Numbered from the stretch's first letter, positions 11,204-21,123 are shown. The stretch is 64,000 nucleotides of DNA from an uncultured Holophagales bacterium (GCA_963842525.1 CAWJGT010000025.1:128001-192000); one strand, 5' to 3'. Program-made: numbers and translations. The notes: generated by a model from the letters alone, not told the origin.

Positions 11204-11257
11204 CGCGTTTTATCCTTTGAGGGCGCTTCCAATCACCAAGTCCTGCTGAACCGTGTT

Positions 11258-11340
11258 CTCCCGCGAAGCGACGGCGGCCACGAAACGTGCCGACTACCGC
11301 GACGCCCCGCCGCCGTTCGCTGCAGCGCATAGTTAAGGCG
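11258..11340 (-). other. attC-like site, right end eroded
   Basis: GCCTTAAC (contains the stop of the upstream gene) then ATGCGCTGCAGCGAACGGCGGCG...CGTGGCCGCCGTCGCT; typical attC inverse core and stem. Confidence 0.65.
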
Positions 11341-11899
11341 TTTTCGGTTCATTGGATTTGTTGGGTGGTTGGGTAACCTTCTTTTGAGGTTGGACCTGCT
11401 TGACCTCGTCGCGAAAAATCGAAGGTTGAATCTTCTTGAGCTCGTAGTGAAAGACGCTATTGTCTTGAAAACCTGGGAATTCGCCAAAGGTTTTCGGCGG
11501 CTCTACGGCGCTGGCTTGGATCCCGACCAAGGTCAGTGTCCCATCCTCAATCTTGAAGATGGCGAAGACCACTTTACCGATGTCATCGCACGGTTGCGGA
11601 CAATCTTTGATTGTGGCGTGTAGCTGCTGTGGGTATGTGCCTGCAGGCAGTGTAAATGTCGTCTCAAACCAAAAGTTCGTGTCTCGGCTAAAGTGGAGTG
11701 AATTGCCGGTGATCGTCACGGTGATTTTGCCGTCCGACTCATTACCCACCATGACTCCCTCCCATGTTCCTTGGAGAGGTTGTAGTTCTGCAGCGATTGG
11801 TTGGTTGGTCGGGCCAGCGGCTTGCGCGCAAATAACCCCACAAGGCATGAGGATGGAAAGCATCGTGACGGCGAGTGTCATTTTGATGGTCATTCTCAT
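11333..11899 (-). CDS. Secreted beta-rich protein, TIGR03067-like
   Basis: Signal peptide, ELQPLQGTW and AIFKIEDGTLTL motifs; start taken at MRMTIK. Confidence 0.6.
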   Translation of the reverse strand: MRMTIKMTLAVTMLSILMPCGVICAQAAGPTNQPIAAELQPLQGTWEGVMVGNESDGKITVTITGNSLHFSRDTNFWFETTFTLPAGTYPQQLHATIKDCPQPCDDIGKVVFAIFKIEDGTLTLVGIQASAVEPPKTFGEFPGFQDNSVFHYELKKIQPSIFRDEVKQVQPQKKVTQPPNKSNEPKTP

Positions 11900-12099
11900 C
11901 GGACTCTCTTTTTTCGGTTGCTGTCGGATAAAGGATTCGTGCAGAAAGCTGCGGCGGGAAATCACGCATGAAGGTGTCCTGGAAGGAGGCTCAAGCCCTG
12001 GCAAGTCAATGGCGGCGGAAGAGTGGTCCCGGTTGTTGAAAAAGAGCCTCGGCGGCGAAGCCCGGCCGCTGCAAGCCTCGGATTCTCGCCAGTGTGTAA

Positions 12100-12312
12100 T
12101 CATGCCGACAGCGGAGTCAGTCGGTACACGCGCCCAATCTTGCTTGCTTCTCTGACATCGCCGTGGCGAAGGGCTTCACGGGCAGCGTCGAGCTTCTCAG
12201 CATCCTCAAGTGACAAATACGGGGACCACTCTTCCTCTGCCTCGATGAGATCGACCTCAACCTCCGCAGCGTACTCTCCTTCATGAACGAACTTCCTGTG
12301 ACGCCTGCTCAT
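12100..12312 (-). CDS. Putative antitoxin partner of the DUF4258 protein
   Basis: 70 aa acidic protein, ATGA-coupled to the upstream DUF4258 gene. Confidence 0.65.
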   Translation of the reverse strand: MSRRHRKFVHEGEYAAEVEVDLIEAEEEWSPYLSLEDAEKLDAAREALRHGDVREASKIGRVYRLTPLSA

Positions 12313-12635
12313 TGCCTTCTCCTACGTTTGTAGTCGTCGGTCCATTTCTCACGCTTTGGCCTATACGCCGTCACCACTACGGCTGGGGATGATTTGCCGC
12401 TCGGGATACCCCACACAACATGAATCGGCGTGCCGCCTTGATCCCTCTGCAACACCAGAACGCAAGGGCCTTTCCGATAGTCTGGGTAGTCTTCAATCAC
12501 CTCACCCTCGTGGACACCAGCGACAACATCACGGACGAGAATGCCATCGGCTGCGAGTTCGTCGTAGCCATGCTCCGAGACCCGCACATCACGGCTCGCA
12601 ACCAAGATGACGATCTGTTCAAAAGTTCGGCTCAT
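12309..12635 (-). CDS. DUF4258 domain protein (putative RNase toxin)
   Basis: SEHGYDEL...GEVIEDYPD...PIHVVW...VVVTAYRP...W pattern. Confidence 0.8.
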   Translation of the reverse strand: MSRTFEQIVILVASRDVRVSEHGYDELAADGILVRDVVAGVHEGEVIEDYPDYRKGPCVLVLQRDQGGTPIHVVWGIPSGKSSPAVVVTAYRPKREKWTDDYKRRRRQ

Positions 12636-12807
12636 GGAATGGTTTGGTCATTTGCGCTGCCGGGGTGCCTTTGGCGTAGAGACCTCTGCCTCACATATTC
12701 GCCGATACACTGCCCGCGGGCATATACGAAACAAGCTGCGGGTTGACTCCATGGCCGGTTGTAGGGTGTCGAGCGTACAAGATGCTTATCCTCTTCGACT
12801 TAGCGGC

Positions 12808-12836
12808 ACTCTACGCCTCTTCCTAACCTGCGTCAA
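12808..12836 (-). promoter_or_regulatory. sigma70-type promoter pointing into the cassette cluster
   Basis: Minus strand TTGACG-N17-TAGAGT. Confidence 0.45.
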
Positions 12837-12929
12837 GAGCGCCGAGGCACCTTGAGAAGGAGTTTGGCAGCCTTGGTGCCGCGAAAGTCGCAACTAGTAG
12901 GGGCGGCAGCAAGCCTGTGCCCTGCCGAT

Positions 12930-13040
12930 CTGCTGCCGCCCCTCTGGGGCTTTGGGAACATTTTTCATTTCCAGACCCGGGGCCGCCGCTCCTTCGTCGC
13001 TCTGGCCCCGGGCTACACGCCGTGGACCCCTCCGGGGCCT
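12930..13040. repeat. REP-like hairpin cluster
   Basis: GCCCCTCTGGGGCT...CCCGGGGCC..GGCCCCGGGCT...CCCCTCCGGGGC; related to 30520-30612 and 38760-38850. Confidence 0.6.
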
Positions 13041-13092
13041 TTCCCGCTGTACCCGCTGCCGTGGGTTGATCGATAAGTTAACGCCCGTGGGG

Positions 13093-13839
13093 TCAGGGGA
13101 TGAGGGCTCGGGCACGGATCGCGCGCAGCCACATCACCCGGATGAACGAGCTTCCTGGGTAGATGACGCGCCAGTAGGGCGCGAAGCGCCGGCCGGCCCT
13201 GGCGTCCGTTGCATAGACCCGGGTCTCGGTGGTCACGCGGGTCCAGCCGCCCCCTTCGTCCTCGATCCGGAAATTCATTGCGGCCTTGGCGTAGCCGGGC
13301 TGCTCGAGCGCGGCGAATTCGGCCGGGGTGAGCCGCGGCCTGCCTCCCGGAGCGACGACGATCGTGCCGACGACGAGCTCCCGGTTGGGCTCCTCAGCGA
13401 GCTCCAGGAAGGTCGTGGAAGTCGCGACCTCAAGGATCGGCAGCTTCTCCGGAGCATTGAGGATGGATATGTCGCCCCGGCGCGGCGCGCGGAGCCAGGT
13501 GAGGGTCCGGAAGAGCCAGATCTCCTCGGCCGTGACGTTCTTGATCGCATCCCAGACCTTGTCCGGCGGGGCCTGGACCCGGATCTCATGGAATTCCGCG
13601 AACTGCCAGGCCGGCACGAAATTGTCTATGAGCGCCTCCCGGCGCGCGGCCCGGCGCAGCGAGGCCGGCAGCGACATCCCGGCGACAATGGAGGCCAGAC
13701 CGAGCCCGAGCACGGCGGCGCCACGCCAGCGGCTTCGGATCCCCAGGAACCGGAGCGGTTTGATCAGCGAGACCGTTCCAAGAAAGGAGGCCGCGATCCC
13801 CGCGTCGATCAGGAGGACGCCGAGGATCTCCATGGTCAC
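13093..13839 (-). CDS. Membrane-anchored hypothetical protein (SRPBCC/DUF2867-like)
   Basis: Two N-terminal TM segments; FAEFHEIRV, TTETRV, FAPYWRVI motifs; ATGA-coupled to the deaminase. Confidence 0.6.
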   Translation of the reverse strand: MTMEILGVLLIDAGIAASFLGTVSLIKPLRFLGIRSRWRGAAVLGLGLASIVAGMSLPASLRRAARREALIDNFVPAWQFAEFHEIRVQAPPDKVWDAIKNVTAEEIWLFRTLTWLRAPRRGDISILNAPEKLPILEVATSTTFLELAEEPNRELVVGTIVVAPGGRPRLTPAEFAALEQPGYAKAAMNFRIEDEGGGWTRVTTETRVYATDARAGRRFAPYWRVIYPGSSFIRVMWLRAIRARALIP

Positions 13840-14282
13840 TCCTCTCCGATGTCTTCGTTCCAGATCTCGGGATGCGCGGCGATCCAGTCACCGAGGAGCT
13901 TGATGCACTCCTCGGACTGCAGGTCGATCACCTCGACGCCGTTTGCCCGCAGCCAGTCGACGCCGCCTTGAAAGTTGACGGACTCGCCGACGACCACGGT
14001 GCCGATCTGGAACTGGCGCACCAGGCCGCTGCAATACCAGCACGGCGCCAGGGTGGTGACCATGATCTTGTCGCGGTAGCTGCGCTGCCGGCCGGCTTTC
14101 CGAAAGGCGTCGGTTTCGCCGTGGACCGAAGGGTCGCCTTCCTGCACCCGCCTGTTGTGGCCGCGCCCGAGCAGGAGGCCCGTGCGGTCGAACAGCGCGG
14201 CGCCGATCGGAACACCCCCTTCGGCCAGACCCTGGCGGGCTTCCTCCAGGGCAACCTGCAACATCGCTTCGTAGTCGGTCAT
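13836..14282 (-). CDS. Zn-dependent nucleoside/cytosine deaminase
   Basis: HGE...PCWYC zinc motif; C-terminal WNEDIGE as in yeast-type cytosine deaminases. Confidence 0.9.
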   Translation of the reverse strand: MTDYEAMLQVALEEARQGLAEGGVPIGAALFDRTGLLLGRGHNRRVQEGDPSVHGETDAFRKAGRQRSYRDKIMVTTLAPCWYCSGLVRQFQIGTVVVGESVNFQGGVDWLRANGVEVIDLQSEECIKLLGDWIAAHPEIWNEDIGEE

Positions 14283-14339
14283 GGCGGAACGCTATACCAC
14301 TTCGCGCCGCGATATGTCCCCCGCGATAGAGTACGGACC

Positions 14340-15599
14340 ATGCTCCGGGCCCGCGCCTTCACCCTGCTCTGTCCCCTCCTGATCGCGCTCCTGCTCCCCC
14401 CGGCCAGCTTCGCCCAGGATGAGACTGGAAGCGCGACCTTCGATCCGATCTTCGTCGGCTATGAGACCGAGCCGGGGATGGACTTCGGCGGGCGCACCGT
14501 GGCCTCGCTGCACAGCGTTGTGAGCCGGGCCTTCGGGTCGATCCCGGGCCTCAAACGCCACCCGGGGGTGGCTCCGGCCTATGAGTTCCCGGTCGCCGCG
14601 GCCCTCCTGCTGGTCCAGCACGAAGTGGGCGGGCACGGCGGCCGGGGGCGGGAATTCGGGCTCGGGCCCAGCTATGTCTTCAACTACGACTTCTCCGGCG
14701 GCACCTCGGTGGACAGGGCCCCGCGGACCAACGAAGAGAACATGCTCCTCGCGGCCGGCGGCGCCGAGGCGGACGGGGTGCTTGCCCACCGGATCCTGCT
14801 CGACGCGCTCCGGCCGGACGGGGTCGACGGCGCCAAGATCCCCCTGGCCCTGATGACCAAGCTCGACCTGACGGCCTACATTCTGGAGACGGCGAAGCCG
14901 GACGACGAAGGAGAGGACGGCTTCGTCGACCAGTACCAGAAGGGGAACGATGTCGCCTTTTATCTCGTGGCGCGCCAGGCCCAGCGGCGCGGGACTGCCC
15001 CGGAGGACGTCTGGAACGGCGTCTATGCCGTCGACCTTTCGGAGCACCTGCTCCACGACATGTCGGATGACCTGCGGACCGCCGCGATCTGGAATGCCCT
15101 GGACCCGTCCCTGATCTCCGCCGTCTACGCCTACTTCCGCGACCACGTGATCGGCGGCCGGACCCGGGTCCATCCGCCGGTCCTGAGGCTCGGCGACGGC
15201 CTCGGCCTGACCCTCGGCACCCGCGCCGCCCTGGGTCCCCAGGAGGTCTCGCGTTTCCTCGACCTCCACGCCGCCACCCGCTGGGGGGTGCTGACCTTAT
15301 ATATAAGGGACCTCGACTCCTCGGTCGACCGGACCTACGGCTTCGGCGCCGCGATTCACGGTCTCAGGCTCGGCGAGCGGCTGGATCTCGCCGTCCAGGC
15401 GGACACCTGGGACGAGCCCGTGTCCCGGGAGGCTCTCTACGAAGGGACCGGCTGGAACGTGAACGCCGAAATCGACGCCCGTCTCGGCCCGCGCTGGGGC
15501 CTGGCCGCCAAGGTCGGCTCCAAGTCCGACGGCTTCTTCCCCGGCCGGCCCCGCGACGAAGGGGTCTACGCGGGGTTCGGCGTCACGGCTTTGTGGTGA
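14340..15599 (+). CDS. Secreted/outer-membrane hypothetical protein
   Basis: Signal peptide MLRARAFTLLC...SFA, HEVGGH motif, amphipathic C-terminal strands ending in W. Confidence 0.65.
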   Translation: MLRARAFTLLCPLLIALLLPPASFAQDETGSATFDPIFVGYETEPGMDFGGRTVASLHSVVSRAFGSIPGLKRHPGVAPAYEFPVAAALLLVQHEVGGHGGRGREFGLGPSYVFNYDFSGGTSVDRAPRTNEENMLLAAGGAEADGVLAHRILLDALRPDGVDGAKIPLALMTKLDLTAYILETAKPDDEGEDGFVDQYQKGNDVAFYLVARQAQRRGTAPEDVWNGVYAVDLSEHLLHDMSDDLRTAAIWNALDPSLISAVYAYFRDHVIGGRTRVHPPVLRLGDGLGLTLGTRAALGPQEVSRFLDLHAATRWGVLTLYIRDLDSSVDRTYGFGAAIHGLRLGERLDLAVQADTWDEPVSREALYEGTGWNVNAEIDARLGPRWGLAAKVGSKSDGFFPGRPRDEGVYAGFGVTALW

Positions 15600-16719
15600 G
15601 GGCTTCGAAGGGGTCTTCGATCCCCTTCTTCTCGCGCACCCGATCGCGCAGCTCGCGCAGGAACGGCGAGGCCATGTAGAAGCGGCCTCGCTTTTCGCCT
15701 TTCGACATGAGCAGTCCCTGGTCGACGAGGGTCTTGAGGTCGCGACCCGCAACCTGGTCCGACACATCCGCCGCCGACCGGTAGATGGAATTCCGGATGC
15801 GGTGGCCCAGCGCCCCATCGGCCAAGGCCGGGATCATTCTCTCGGGCAACCCCCGCCTCGCCACCTCCTGCTCGAGAAGGCTCCAAAGCCGTTCGAGCTC
15901 GCGGCTCCTCCGCAAGAGGGTCCCCGCCTGACGGTAGTGGGCCGTCAGGCAGAAGCGGATCCAGGGGCGCGCATCCCGTTCCGGCTGCCAGGAGCCTCCT
16001 CCCACGGCAGCGAGGATCTCGTAGTAGGCCTGTGTGTTGTGTCCGAGGTACTCCTCGATGCTGGCGAATTGCGGAGCCAGGGTCCCGCTACGGGCCAGGA
16101 CCAGGCTCTGGAGGCCGCGCGCCATGCGGCCGTTGCCGTCCGAGAAGGGATGGATCATGACCAGGTTGAGATGCGCCAGGGCCGCCCGGACCAGGTCGGG
16201 CTGCGTGTCGCGCGCGTTCAGCGACTCGACGAGCTCCTCCATCAGCGTGGGGACCACCCGCGCGTCCGGCCCCTCGTAGACCACCTCATCTCGATCCTGG
16301 TCGTGCACCAGGATCGGCCCCGGTCTCCAGCGGCCGGGGTGTTTCGTGAGCCGGTGCTGCAGCATCATGAAATGCAGGCTGCGGATCAGGTCCGTCGAGT
16401 AGCGGAAGTGCGGATCGTCCGCCAGTTGCAGGACGTAGGTCATGGCCGTGCGGTAGCCGAGGATCTCCTGCCACACCTCCTCGCTGGCCTCCAGCGGCTC
16501 CTCGCCTTCCGCCGCGGCGATCGCATCGTCCAAGGTGACGTTGTACCCCTCGATGCTGTTCGACCCGCGGATCACCCGGGCGAACGAGCTCCGCCGCAGG
16601 AGGCCGGACCACCTCCGGGGTCCGGTGGTCACGGCATAGCGAAGCGTCCGCTTCAGCTCTTCGATCTGATCGAGGGCCTCTTTTTCCTGGGGCTGGAGGG
16701 GAGGAATTCGGAAAAGCAT
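15583..16719 (-). CDS. Fic family protein
   Basis: HPFSDGNGRMAR, SNSIEG, C-terminal wHTH (RDLKTLVDQGLL..GEKRGRFY); start taken at MLFRIPP. Confidence 0.9.
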   Translation of the reverse strand: MLFRIPPLQPQEKEALDQIEELKRTLRYAVTTGPRRWSGLLRRSSFARVIRGSNSIEGYNVTLDDAIAAAEGEEPLEASEEVWQEILGYRTAMTYVLQLADDPHFRYSTDLIRSLHFMMLQHRLTKHPGRWRPGPILVHDQDRDEVVYEGPDARVVPTLMEELVESLNARDTQPDLVRAALAHLNLVMIHPFSDGNGRMARGLQSLVLARSGTLAPQFASIEEYLGHNTQAYYEILAAVGGGSWQPERDARPWIRFCLTAHYRQAGTLLRRSRELERLWSLLEQEVARRGLPERMIPALADGALGHRIRNSIYRSAADVSDQVAGRDLKTLVDQGLLMSKGEKRGRFYMASPFLRELRDRVREKKGIEDPFEALTTKP

Positions 16720-16861
16720 GATGGATATACGGTTAGTTAACCACTGGATGATAGATAACAACCGCCTGGAGGTCAATAGGAATACGTATAACCGTTCGAG
16801 AGATTCTGCTGGGATGGCCGTGCTACGATCCGGCCGTACGTTCCTCTTCCAAGGAATCGCC

Positions 16862-17260
16862 ATGGCACCGAAAGCCCTGTCCGCCCTCTGTGCCCTGCTG
16901 TGCGCCGCGCCGCTTTTCGCGGCTCCTGACCCCGTCACCGTCCTCCGCTGCGGCCGGCTGCTCAATCCGGTCGACGGCTCGATGGCGGGTAACACCATGG
17001 TCCTCATGCGCGGCGACCGGGTCGAACGGGTGGGGCCCGGCGCTTCGGTGCCGGCGGGGGCGCAGGTGGTCGACCTGTCGGCCTACACCTGCCTGCCGGG
17101 GCTGATCGACAGCCACACGCACGTCCTGCTCCAGCCCGAGGACGAGCGTGGCGCGCCGCCGGTGGTCACAAAGTCGCAGGCATTCCGGACCATTCAGGGA
17201 GTGGCGGCGGCGAAGAAGGATCTGGAAGCCGGGTTCACCACCATGCGCGATGTGGACAGA
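16862..17260 (+). pseudogene. Truncated amidohydrolase (N-terminal part only)
   Basis: Signal peptide, VDLSAYTCLPGLIDSHTH, AGFTTMRD; homology ends abruptly at the 3' end of the convergent gene. Confidence 0.75.
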
Positions 17261-17273
17261 GACCTCCCGCCCC

Positions 17274-18527
17274 CTAACTCATCTTGCGCACGAAGGCGGA
17301 GCGCTGGCGCAGCTCGTCGTCGGTGTCGAGGCTGAAGCTGCGGCCGTGGCCGAGGTCGTCGGTAATGAAGCCGGCGAGATCCTCGGCGGCGGACCGGATG
17401 CGGTTTTCGGTGTCCGTCGACACCGTGTCGAAAAAGCCGGTCGCGACCTCGCGGGCGTCGGGGTCGTACTCCCAGAAGCCGACGATCCGGCCGTCGGCGA
17501 CGATGGACCGCATCTGCATGTGGCGCGACTCGCCGAGGGTCGAGTCCTTGGACGACCCCCAGCTCGGCACCCGGGTGTCGTGATAGGCCGGGTCCACCAG
17601 GAGGCTTGCGCCGCCGTGCAGGGCCGTGATGTTGTCCTCGAACGGCAGGAGGGCCACCGCCTTGGCGGCCTCCTCGGCGATCTCGGGCAGGTCGCGCAGC
17701 TCTTCGAGGATCCAGTGCATGTCGCCGACCTCCTCGATGGCGACCGGCCGGAGCGGCAGCCGTTCCATGGCTTCCTTGGCGTCGCGCTGTGCGATCCCGG
17801 CCCAGGCCGCGAAGTCCTTCTGGGTGCCGAGGCCTGCGGTCCGGAAGAAGATCTCGGCCAGGCGGGTGTAGAGGTCGATCGGGTCGTCGGGCAGGTCGGC
17901 CTCCTCGAAGGGACTCTCCGCGAGGGGGCGCCAGAGATAGCGTTCGCTGTCGAGCCGCCTGCCTTCGAGCACGCGCTCGATCCGGCCGTCGAATTCGAGC
18001 AGCCGCAGGGCCGGCGGCAAAGGCGAGGAGATTCCGACCTTCTTGCCGGCCTCGCCGAGGCTGCGGACGACGCCGTCGGGAAGGGCCTTGCGCAGGGCGT
18101 CCGTGGTGAGGGAGCCGCGCTCTTCGAGCACCTGGAAAGCCGCCTCGGCGACCTCTTCGACCTCGCCGGGCCGGATGCCGGCCTTCTCGTGGTCGCGCTC
18201 CGACCGCGAGCGGGAGAGGAGCTCCGCGACGCGTAGCGCGAGGGGGACATCCCGCCGCGGCACCAGGTAGATGCAGCCGCGCACCGACGGGACCACCTGG
18301 GCTGCCTGCTCCGCCACCGCTGTATCGAGGTCCTCGCGCCGCAGGCCGGGCCGGCGTGCCCGCACGGCGATATAGACGTCCACTCCGCCCAGGGTGCGTA
18401 CGAAGCCTGTGTCCTCCAGGAGCCGGGCCGGCGGCCTGCCGCCGCGCGCGGGCAGTCCCTGCGCGGCGAGAAAGATCTTCCGGGCACGATCGAGCGGGAG
18501 TCGCAGGTCGGGTTTCGGCGCGGCCAT
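17274..18527 (-). CDS. YcaQ/AlkZ-like (HTH_42) winged-helix DNA glycosylase family protein
   Basis: SVRGCIYLV, DFAAWAG, LLPFEDN, IVADGRIVGFW motifs. Confidence 0.7.
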   Translation of the reverse strand: MAAPKPDLRLPLDRARKIFLAAQGLPARGGRPPARLLEDTGFVRTLGGVDVYIAVRARRPGLRREDLDTAVAEQAAQVVPSVRGCIYLVPRRDVPLALRVAELLSRSRSERDHEKAGIRPGEVEEVAEAAFQVLEERGSLTTDALRKALPDGVVRSLGEAGKKVGISSPLPPALRLLEFDGRIERVLEGRRLDSERYLWRPLAESPFEEADLPDDPIDLYTRLAEIFFRTAGLGTQKDFAAWAGIAQRDAKEAMERLPLRPVAIEEVGDMHWILEELRDLPEIAEEAAKAVALLPFEDNITALHGGASLLVDPAYHDTRVPSWGSSKDSTLGESRHMQMRSIVADGRIVGFWEYDPDAREVATGFFDTVSTDTENRIRSAAEDLAGFITDDLGHGRSFSLDTDDELRQRSAFVRKMS

Positions 18528-18581
18528 CGGGGGCTCCTTTTGGCGAGTGCTCGAAGGCTATCACGTTAGAATGCCGCTCCC

Positions 18582-19805
18582 ATGCCCTTCACCGAGACCG
18601 ACTGCCTCCGCTGCCGTCTTGGTTTCCCCGCGCTTGCCCGCACTGTCAACGGCCGCCCCGCCGCCTTCCTGGATGGACCGGCCGGGAGCCAGGTGCCGGA
18701 GGCCGTGATCGATGCGATCTCCCGCTATTACCGGACCTCGAACGCCAACACTCATGGCGAGTTCGCCACCAGCCGCGAGACCGACCGGATGCTCCTCGCG
18801 GCCCGCGAGGCGGCCGCCGCCTTCCTGGGCGCCCCGAGCTGGCGCGAGGTCTCCTTCGGCCAGAGCATGACGACGCTGACCTTCTTGCTGAGCCAGGCCC
18901 TGGCGCGAGAGATGCGTCCGGGCGACGAGATCGTCATCACCCAGCTCGACCACGAAGGTAACCGCGGCCCGTGGCTCTCTCTGGAAGAGCGCGGGATCGT
19001 GGTCCGCGAAGCGGCGATGCGGCGGGACGGCACGCTCGATCCCGAGGACCTGGAACGGCAGATCACGGAGCGCACCCGGCTGGTCGCGGTCGGCGCGGCG
19101 TCGAACGCCTTGGGCACGGTCAACGACCTGGCCCTGGCCCGCCGGCTCTCCGCGGCGGTCGGTGCCTGGCTCCTGGTCGACGCCGTCCACTACGCCGCCC
19201 ATTTTCCCGTGGACGTGATGGAGCTGGACTGCGACTTCCTCCTCTGCTCGGCCTACAAGTTCTATGGCCCGCACGTCGGCCTTCTGTACACCCGTCCCGG
19301 GCTGCTCGAGCGGCTGCGCACGGACCGGCTGCGCACCCAGGAGGTGACCGCACCCGACCGGATCGAGACCGGCACCCTGGACCATGCTGCGATCGCCGGG
19401 GTCCACGCCGCCATCGAGTACATCGCCTCCTGGGGGCAGGGAGAGACGCTGCGCGAGCGCGTGGTCTCGGCGATGACGGACATCGCCGCCTACGAGCACG
19501 GCGTGGCGGGCCACTATTTCGAGAACGTGCGGCAGATCCCAGGAGTCACCGTCTGGGGGCCTGATTTTTCCTTACCTTGCCGGGCGCCGACCGTCTCCAT
19601 CACACTGGAAGGGCATCGTCCGATCGAGGTCGCACGGCGGCTCGGCGACGAGGGCATCCAGGTCTGGGACGGCCATTTCTATGCCCTCCGGCCCGTCGAG
19701 GCCCTGGGGCTCGCCGAGCACGGCGGCCTCCTCCGCACCGGCATCTGCATGTACAACAGCCGCGAGGAGGTCGACCGCCTGCTCGCTGCGCTCACGGACA
19801 TGTAG
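18582..19805 (+). CDS. Cysteine desulfurase-like class V PLP enzyme
   Basis: FLDGPAGSQVP, LDHEGN, VDAVHY, CSAYKFYGPH (PLP lysine), ETGT. Confidence 0.9.
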   Translation: MPFTETDCLRCRLGFPALARTVNGRPAAFLDGPAGSQVPEAVIDAISRYYRTSNANTHGEFATSRETDRMLLAAREAAAAFLGAPSWREVSFGQSMTTLTFLLSQALAREMRPGDEIVITQLDHEGNRGPWLSLEERGIVVREAAMRRDGTLDPEDLERQITERTRLVAVGAASNALGTVNDLALARRLSAAVGAWLLVDAVHYAAHFPVDVMELDCDFLLCSAYKFYGPHVGLLYTRPGLLERLRTDRLRTQEVTAPDRIETGTLDHAAIAGVHAAIEYIASWGQGETLRERVVSAMTDIAAYEHGVAGHYFENVRQIPGVTVWGPDFSLPCRAPTVSITLEGHRPIEVARRLGDEGIQVWDGHFYALRPVEALGLAEHGGLLRTGICMYNSREEVDRLLAALTDM

Positions 19806-21123
19806 CGAACGCGCCCGTGTCCTGGACCGGCTGGAAGGCCCTGCCCTGGGGGTTTGTGTACTGCTTCACGGTCCCCCGGAGGGTGTCCGTGACCGTGATC
19901 TGGACCCGGGTATTGGTCAGCCCGCCGGCAAAGACCCAGTAGCGGTTGTTGAGCGCGCAGGCATTCAGCACCTTGACGATCAGCTCCACGTTGGAGTTGG
20001 AGAAGAACCAGAACCAGCCGGTATCCGAGGTCAGAGGCACGGCGCGGCCTGAGCCGGTGTCGCCGTCGGCCGTAGTCCAGCGGACTTCGATTTGAAAGCG
20101 GGAGCCGCCCAGGCAGAGCCGGGTGTTGCCGGGCGCGCACGGAGCGGTCGCGGACGGCTTCCAGCCGAGCTGCACCACCTCGAAGTCGGAGGCGCGCAGC
20201 GAGGCGAAGGCGGGGTTGAGCACGTCGTTGTCCCAGCGTGCGTCGTGGGACCCGGTGATGTACATGTCCGTGCCGTTGTCGGCGAGCAGGAGGCCGTAGG
20301 TCTTCATCGCCTGGAAGATCCTCCGCACCTCGGGCGGGTAGCCCGAGAGGTCCTTGCCCGCCTTGAGGCGCAGGCGGGTGCCCATGGGCGGCGCGCCGGA
20401 CGTGTTCCCGGCCGTGTGCGAGGCGGGCCAGACATGGCCGTTCGTCCGCCTCACGGTGAAGCGGAAGGCGTGACGGATCGGGTCCGGGCCAAAGGCCTCG
20501 TCGTGGCGGACGAGGCCGGGAAGGATCGCCAGGCCGGCGGCATCGGCGCTCGTCCACCCCTCCGGCCGGCGGGCGTTCGAATCCAGCGGGAAGACTGCGC
20601 CGGAGCCGGCCTCCCAGCGGTCGAGATCCTCGTTCCAGAAGGTGTGGTAGAGCTCGAAAAGGAGCCGGCGGTCGCGGTCGACGAGCAGCATGTGCCGGTC
20701 GCCGGAGACATCCACATTGCCCGGCAACCCACCTTCGATGTAGCCCGGCTGCGTCTTCGCCGCGGGAGGGATCGGATAGCCAGGCGGCCGGCCCGGCGCT
20801 CCATCGTCGCTCTCGTCGCCGAACTCGACGAACGTGACCGGCACCAGCGGCTGGCTCCCCGGTACGCTGACGTAGATCACCCCGTAGGTCAACGGGGGGG
20901 CCTCGAAGCCGCCGAAGTCGGGGTGAAGCCGGGTGTCCGCACCGATGAAGTCGATGTAGGAGTTGCTGTTCGGATCGACCGGCGCTGAGCTGATGTCCAC
21001 GTTCCACCAGTTGTCCGGCGGGAACAGAGGGAGCGGAAGAGGGCCGCCCGGCTGAGCGGCGGCCGGGGCGGCGGACAAAGAGACCGCGAGGAGTCCTGGG
21101 AGGACCATGTCTTTGAGATTCAT
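19792..21123 (-). CDS. Secreted hypothetical protein with C-terminal Cys-flanked domain
   Basis: Signal peptide, FPPDNWWN, GDRHMLLVD, WTSADAAGL; C-terminal domain homologous to those at 7060-7816. Start at 21123 or 21108. Confidence 0.75.
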   Translation of the reverse strand: MNLKDMVLPGLLAVSLSAAPAAAQPGGPLPLPLFPPDNWWNVDISSAPVDPNSNSYIDFIGADTRLHPDFGGFEAPPLTYGVIYVSVPGSQPLVPVTFVEFGDESDDGAPGRPPGYPIPPAAKTQPGYIEGGLPGNVDVSGDRHMLLVDRDRRLLFELYHTFWNEDLDRWEAGSGAVFPLDSNARRPEGWTSADAAGLAILPGLVRHDEAFGPDPIRHAFRFTVRRTNGHVWPASHTAGNTSGAPPMGTRLRLKAGKDLSGYPPEVRRIFQAMKTYGLLLADNGTDMYITGSHDARWDNDVLNPAFASLRASDFEVVQLGWKPSATAPCAPGNTRLCLGGSRFQIEVRWTTADGDTGSGRAVPLTSDTGWFWFFSNSNVELIVKVLNACALNNRYWVFAGGLTNTRVQITVTDTLRGTVKQYTNPQGRAFQPVQDTGAFATCP

